Part shown: in pieces, positions 59,668 to 64,000 of the stretch
How the letters are laid out: every line of letters begins with the position of its first letter
How positions within the stretch are numbered: the first letter of the stretch is position 1
From: an uncultured Candidatus Poseidoniales archaeon
GTDB lineage: Archaea; Thermoplasmatota; Poseidoniia; Poseidoniales; Poseidoniaceae
Assembly: GCA_902605365.1 (NCBI GenBank)
Contig: CACLCM010000004.1
Coordinates: 1,471 to 65,470, forward strand
DNA length: 64,000 nucleotides
Direction of reading: 5' to 3'
Notes under the pieces: model-generated
What the model was told of the DNA's origin: nothing
Database searches by the model: none
What the model saw: the letters and a program-made list of their open reading frames with translations, nothing else
Program-made: the position numbers and the translations under genes

Positions 59668-62600
59668 TCACCTCTCGAGTGTGAACCTTTGGTCTTCAGG
59701 AACTTGCCCCATAGCCTTGAGTCTCAATCCTTTGAGCGATAATACCGGAGCATCATCATCACCAACGATTACGACATCGTGAACAGTTACACCCGCATCT
59801 TCTGAAGCGACCTTAACTGAACGCATTCGAAGTCTTTCGTTAGATTCAGGAACTCGTAACATTGTAGTCCACTCGATTCCTATTGGCAAACTGGAGAAAC
59901 CATCGCTCTCCATAGCGGCTAAGCCTGCGTTTTGGAATCCTGCTTCTATCAGCATAGGTAATGCATCTAGTAGTATTTCTTCGCCTTCACTTTCCAAAGC
60001 AAATTGGTCGGTTGCTGGGAGTTGATGTCTCATCAGTGCGATTCCATCAACGCCATTGTCAATTCCGCGAAGAACACCTCCGTGTGATTGGAATCTTGGA
60101 CCATGGAAATATCTGAGGTAGATGAAACTCGAGTGATGCAATAATTCGCCATCAGCAGGAGTTCCAATCGTAGGTAATGCATCAACCTCATTCTGAAGGA
60201 ATGGAAGTAGATCATCACTTGAAGTAACCAATCTGACCTTGGCTTCATGATGAAGTCGTGGCTCACCAAAGATTTCTCCTTTAGAATTGACCAAATCAGA
60301 AACTAAACGGCAACTCACCCAACTTAAATCACCATCTTTTCTTTCTAACTTGGCTTCTACTCGAACTGTCATTGAGCCTTTCATTATCTTAATCGGCAAG
60401 CCAAATGTTACGTCTTCAAATCCAGCAATACAATGTTCTGGTAATAGCAACAGAGAGTTCTCTGCAAACATTTCCATGGCCATTACTCCTGGATGATATG
60501 GCACACCATCGATTGCATGGTCGACCAAGAACGGATGGTCTTGGGTCGAAAGTGTGCATTGTGAGACCAAGGCTTTTCCAACATCAAGAGAAATTAATTT
60601 GTCAATTAGAGGGAAACGACGAGGGTCAGCAATAGATGCCGCCATCTCTGCTGGTAATTTCAATGGAGCTTCTCTGAAAGAGTCAAACCTGTCCATTAGA
60701 CCTAATGACCCACATCCAAGTACTCTCCTCTTCCCACCTGCAAGAGCCTCACCAACAAATATCTCAACCCCCTTCTCTACTGCTAATGTTTCGATTCCTG
60801 CAGATTCGAATACCGCTTCAATTGAACCTCTTGTGGCCATACCAACATCTCTCCAACCTGTCCACCCAATTGCGACTGCTCGGCAATCCCCACTTGCGGT
60901 CAGTCGAGCCATCTCTGCATCTAGAATTGAATTGGCAGCAGCATAATCTGTCTGACCACCATTTCCAAAGCGTCCAGCAACGCTTGTGAATGCACATGCA
61001 AATCGTAAATCGTCTCCAACTGCAGAGACAAGTGCTTTCCAGCCATCTACTTTCACACGCACAATCAAATCGAAAGTTTTCCATTCTTTGTCCGCAACTA
61101 ATTTTGATTCTTCCAGTCCTGCGCCATGGACGATTCCTGTGACGCTCCTTCCACCTACTGCTGCAATTATTGCATCAGAGTCAGTTACGTCTGCAGAATG
61201 GTACTCGGCATTGTTACCGCCTGACTCTATCACGCTGATAGTACGATAAATGTCCATGCTCCTAGTCAATTTAGTCCAGGCATTATTCCATTCTACCATC
61301 GTTATCTTGCCACTTTCCGATTCAGATATCATTGACTCACGAAGTTCCATCTTTCTAGTGTTGAGTTGCTCATCACTCCAATCAAGCCAAGTCGAAGTTT
61401 CTTCCTCAAGTTTACTTCTTCCAAGCAACAAGAAGGTTGCACCTGCTCCTTGGCTGGCGTTTGATACTCCGATTATCGAAGCGGCTGTAACACCAGAACC
61501 GCCTCCACTGACAATCCAAATATCATCCGATTCTAGAGATTTCACTTCATCAACAATATCTTCAGCAAAGCAAACTAATGTCCATCTTCTACCGTCTCTA
61601 TCGATTCCAACTTCAACGTCGCCACCAGAACTGAACATATCATTCTCGATTAATTCAGCTGCCGCTTCAGCATCAATAATCAATTCAGGGTGTAAGTCTA
61701 GGGCACGGCATCTGAGGTTTTCACGCTCAAACGCATATGATTTGGTCACACCACTGGCTGCACAGGCAAGTGAGTTGAATCTCTCTCCACGGTTTCCATG
61801 CCTTCCATCCATAGCGGTAACGCTTCCAATGATACCTGATGAAATCACTGCTAATTGTGAATCTAATCCTTTGAGTAATCCAAACCAGGATTGTGCTGCA
61901 AGTGTTACTTGGTTTGAAGGACCTTTAGATTCCCATGAACTTCCAGTAAGAGATAGTGGTGCTAAGTGAATGACTCCGGCAACTCCGGTTATTCTGGAAC
62001 ATATTTCTGAAATTTGTTCTTCGCTACTAGGGTCTGCTCTGTAAGTATGACCAGACAATTCTTCTTGCTCGGTTACCGACTTAGCACCGAACTCGAAGCC
62101 GATTTTAGCAATCGAGAGACCTTTTTCGCTTAGTCTGAGAGCTAATGCATCTGCAACTCCCCAACTATCTTGAGTGAGAACAATGGTTCCACCAATTGGC
62201 AATCCTTCTGCAACTGCGGGACAGGGCTCGACTTCAACCTGCCATCGCCTAGTCGTTGAACTTGCATGAGTTGGTGTGGAAGGTGTTGAAACGGGTGCTA
62301 CTTCGCTAACTGGTTCCGGTTCAGGAGTTGGTACTGGTTCAGAAGAACCCCCTCCTGTCATTTTCTGAATATATGCTACGAAATGATTCAGTGTAGGATG
62401 GTCTGAAAGTACGAAGTCCTCATCTACAGGTAATGAGAATATTTCTCTCACATCACCCATAATTTCAGCCTGTTTGACAGTATCAATTCCAAGTTCTCCC
62501 TCGAGGTCTTGGTCCATCTCGATAAAATCTTCAGGATAACCAGTATGTTTCACGACAACTCCAATCAACTTAGGCTGAATATCTGATGAGCCAACAGATT

Positions 62601-64000
62601 CTACCGGCTTTGCAATTATCGCCGGCTCTGGATTTACGGCTACTTCCAAAGGTTTGCTTACTTCTGTTTCAACTACTGGAGTTGGTGCAGTAGGAGTTGG
62701 ATTGCTTCCACCTTTCATTTTCTGAATATAGCCAATCATATGATTGAGAGTTGGATAATCTGACAATACGAAATCTTCGTCTACAGGCAACCCAAATTTA
62801 GTACGGATATCCGCCATTATTTCTGCTTGCTTGACCGTATCGATTCCGAGTTCACCCTCTAGGTCTTGGTCAAGTTCAACAAAGTCTGCAGGATAACCTG
62901 TGTGCTTTACAACAACCTCGATTACCACAGCGTTTAGATCTCCAGATATATTCTGTTGCGGGACTTTATCTTCGACTACTACCGGCTCTGGAGCGTCAAC
63001 AACTACCGGCTCTGGAGTAACAACTGCAATTGCAGGAGCTGCAACTGTTGTGGTGTTCTTCGGAACTGCATATTCCTCACCTTGGATTCCTCCATGTAGA
63101 TTATTTTCTCCATCCACATATGCAACTAATTTGTTTTGAAGAATACGTAATTCGATATTAGGAGTACCTGCCAGCGACTGGTTCCAAGTCAGTAATTTTT
63201 GGCGATTAATCCGGTCGCCAGAAAATTCACACTTTCTAACTAATGACAATCCAATTTGGCTACCAAACCCTGCTGCAAAGCGCATTCCGTACCTTAGTTC
63301 TGGATATGACCCTCCCTTGGATAAGTTCAGATTACCCAATTCCGGGTCTGCTTCTTTGTGATTAGCAATCGGAGGAATTTTCCCAGTCATTAGACCGTAG
63401 AACATTGAAGCACTTTCAATTCCAACACCCATTGGGTGTCCGGTGAAACCTTTGGTATTGGCGATAACTATCGAATCTGTACTCGCTCCAAACGTATCCC
63501 TCAGTGCCTTAACTTCGGCTTGTGCCGAGCCTCCTCTTGCAGGAGTGAAAGTTTCATGGGAAAAGAACACTGTTTCTGGAGCAATCTTGTGACGGTCAAG
63601 CCCCCACCTAGTTTCCATCTCTCCGATGAAACTGTCTACAGTGGAAGCCACGTGTTCCACGTCTAATCTAGTACCATGGAATGCTGAGTTTGCAATTTTA
63701 GTTCCGAGTAATTCAGCCATTGGCTGAACTCCTCTAGCATCTGATTGAGATTTCCTTTCTACAACGAATGCCGCTGCACCCATACCTAGAATCAAGCCGT
63801 TTCGACGTTTGTCGAAGGGCAGTGCTGTTTCTTCGATGACATTGCTAGTGGCTGCTGCGCCACTAGAAGCGAATCCTGAGCCAATCCATTCCCACATGTC
63901 ATCTCCAGTGACATCATCTGCAGAGATTATTACTACACGGTCACAACGGTCTGTAGCCAGCCAATCCTCGGCCACACCAAATGCTGCTGTTGCAGAAGCA
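59668..64000 (-). CDS. Multidomain type I PKS/FAS-like protein (KS-ACP-ACP-KR-DH), 5' end outside window
   Basis: Frame open to the edge (ASATAAFG). KS: PFDKRRNG..GMG, HETFT, NTKGFTGH, AGFG. Two ACPs: DLEGELGIDTVKQAE. KR: GGGSGV, HGAG, QTDYAAAN. DH: HAIDGVPYHP, FHGPRFQ. Confidence 0.9.
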   Translation of the reverse strand, partial: ASATAAFGVAEDWLATDRCDRVVIISADDVTGDDMWEWIGSGFASSGAAATSNVIEETALPFDKRRNGLILGMGAAAFVVERKSQSDARGVQPMAELLGTKIANSAFHGTRLDVEHVASTVDSFIGEMETRWGLDRHKIAPETVFFSHETFTPARGGSAQAEVKALRDTFGASTDSIVIANTKGFTGHPMGVGIESASMFYGLMTGKIPPIANHKEADPELGNLNLSKGGSYPELRYGMRFAAGFGSQIGLSLVRKCEFSGDRINRQKLLTWNQSLAGTPNIELRILQNKLVAYVDGENNLHGGIQGEEYAVPKNTTTVAAPAIAVVTPEPVVVDAPEPVVVEDKVPQQNISGDLNAVVIEVVVKHTGYPADFVELDQDLEGELGIDTVKQAEIMADIRTKFGLPVDEDFVLSDYPTLNHMIGYIQKMKGGSNPTPTAPTPVVETEVSKPLEVAVNPEPAIIAKPVESVGSSDIQPKLIGVVVKHTGYPEDFIEMDQDLEGELGIDTVKQAEIMGDVREIFSLPVDEDFVLSDHPTLNHFVAYIQKMTGGGSSEPVPTPEPEPVSEVAPVSTPSTPTHASSTTRRWQVEVEPCPAVAEGLPIGGTIVLTQDSWGVADALALRLSEKGLSIAKIGFEFGAKSVTEQEELSGHTYRADPSSEEQISEICSRITGVAGVIHLAPLSLTGSSWESKGPSNQVTLAAQSWFGLLKGLDSQLAVISSGIIGSVTAMDGRHGNRGERFNSLACAASGVTKSYAFERENLRCRALDLHPELIIDAEAAAELIENDMFSSGGDVEVGIDRDGRRWTLVCFAEDIVDEVKSLESDDIWIVSGGGSGVTAASIIGVSNASQGAGATFLLLGRSKLEEETSTWLDWSDEQLNTRKMELRESMISESESGKITMVEWNNAWTKLTRSMDIYRTISVIESGGNNAEYHSADVTDSDAIIAAVGGRSVTGIVHGAGLEESKLVADKEWKTFDLIVRVKVDGWKALVSAVGDDLRFACAFTSVAGRFGNGGQTDYAAANSILDAEMARLTASGDCRAVAIGWTGWRDVGMATRGSIEAVFESAGIETLAVEKGVEIFVGEALAGGKRRVLGCGSLGLMDRFDSFREAPLKLPAEMAASIADPRRFPLIDKLISLDVGKALVSQCTLSTQDHPFLVDHAIDGVPYHPGVMAMEMFAENSLLLLPEHCIAGFEDVTFGLPIKIMKGSMTVRVEAKLERKDGDLSWVSCRLVSDLVNSKGEIFGEPRLHHEAKVRLVTSSDDLLPFLQNEVDALPTIGTPADGELLHHSSFIYLRYFHGPRFQSHGGVLRGIDNGVDGIALMRHQLPATDQFALESEGEEILLDALPMLIEAGFQNAGLAAMESDGFSSLPIGIEWTTMLRVPESNERLRMRSVKVASEDAGVTVHDVVIVGDDDAPVLSLKGLRLKAMGQVPEDQRFTLER

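Overview
This is an archaeal chromosome segment (PCNA, fibrillarin, Nop5, TFS, exosome Csl4, tRNA-Gly). It is densely coded and has large secreted proteins rich in Ca-binding repeats plus several bacterial-type metabolic and repair genes. That profile fits Marine Group II / Poseidoniales, which is an inference. Main points: (1) The right edge holds the 3' part of a multidomain type I PKS/FAS (KS-ACP-ACP-KR-DH) closely followed by an Sfp-type PPTase. Both ACPs have Thr (GIDT) where the phosphopantetheine-accepting Ser normally sits. (2) An operon-like locus runs MscS - HTH regulator - 4.3-kaa surface protein - second MscS. The surface protein has RCC1, Ig and TSP3 repeats outside and a coiled coil plus HhH domain inside. 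(3) A 3-kb, partly AT-rich islet without an integrase is bounded by an 84-bp direct repeat that duplicates the 3' end and hairpins of a small basic-protein gene, which also has a structured leader. (4) Csl4 is fused to two RRM domains. (5) An M28 peptidase is frameshifted in a G6 run. All calls come from motif recognition by eye; no searches were run.
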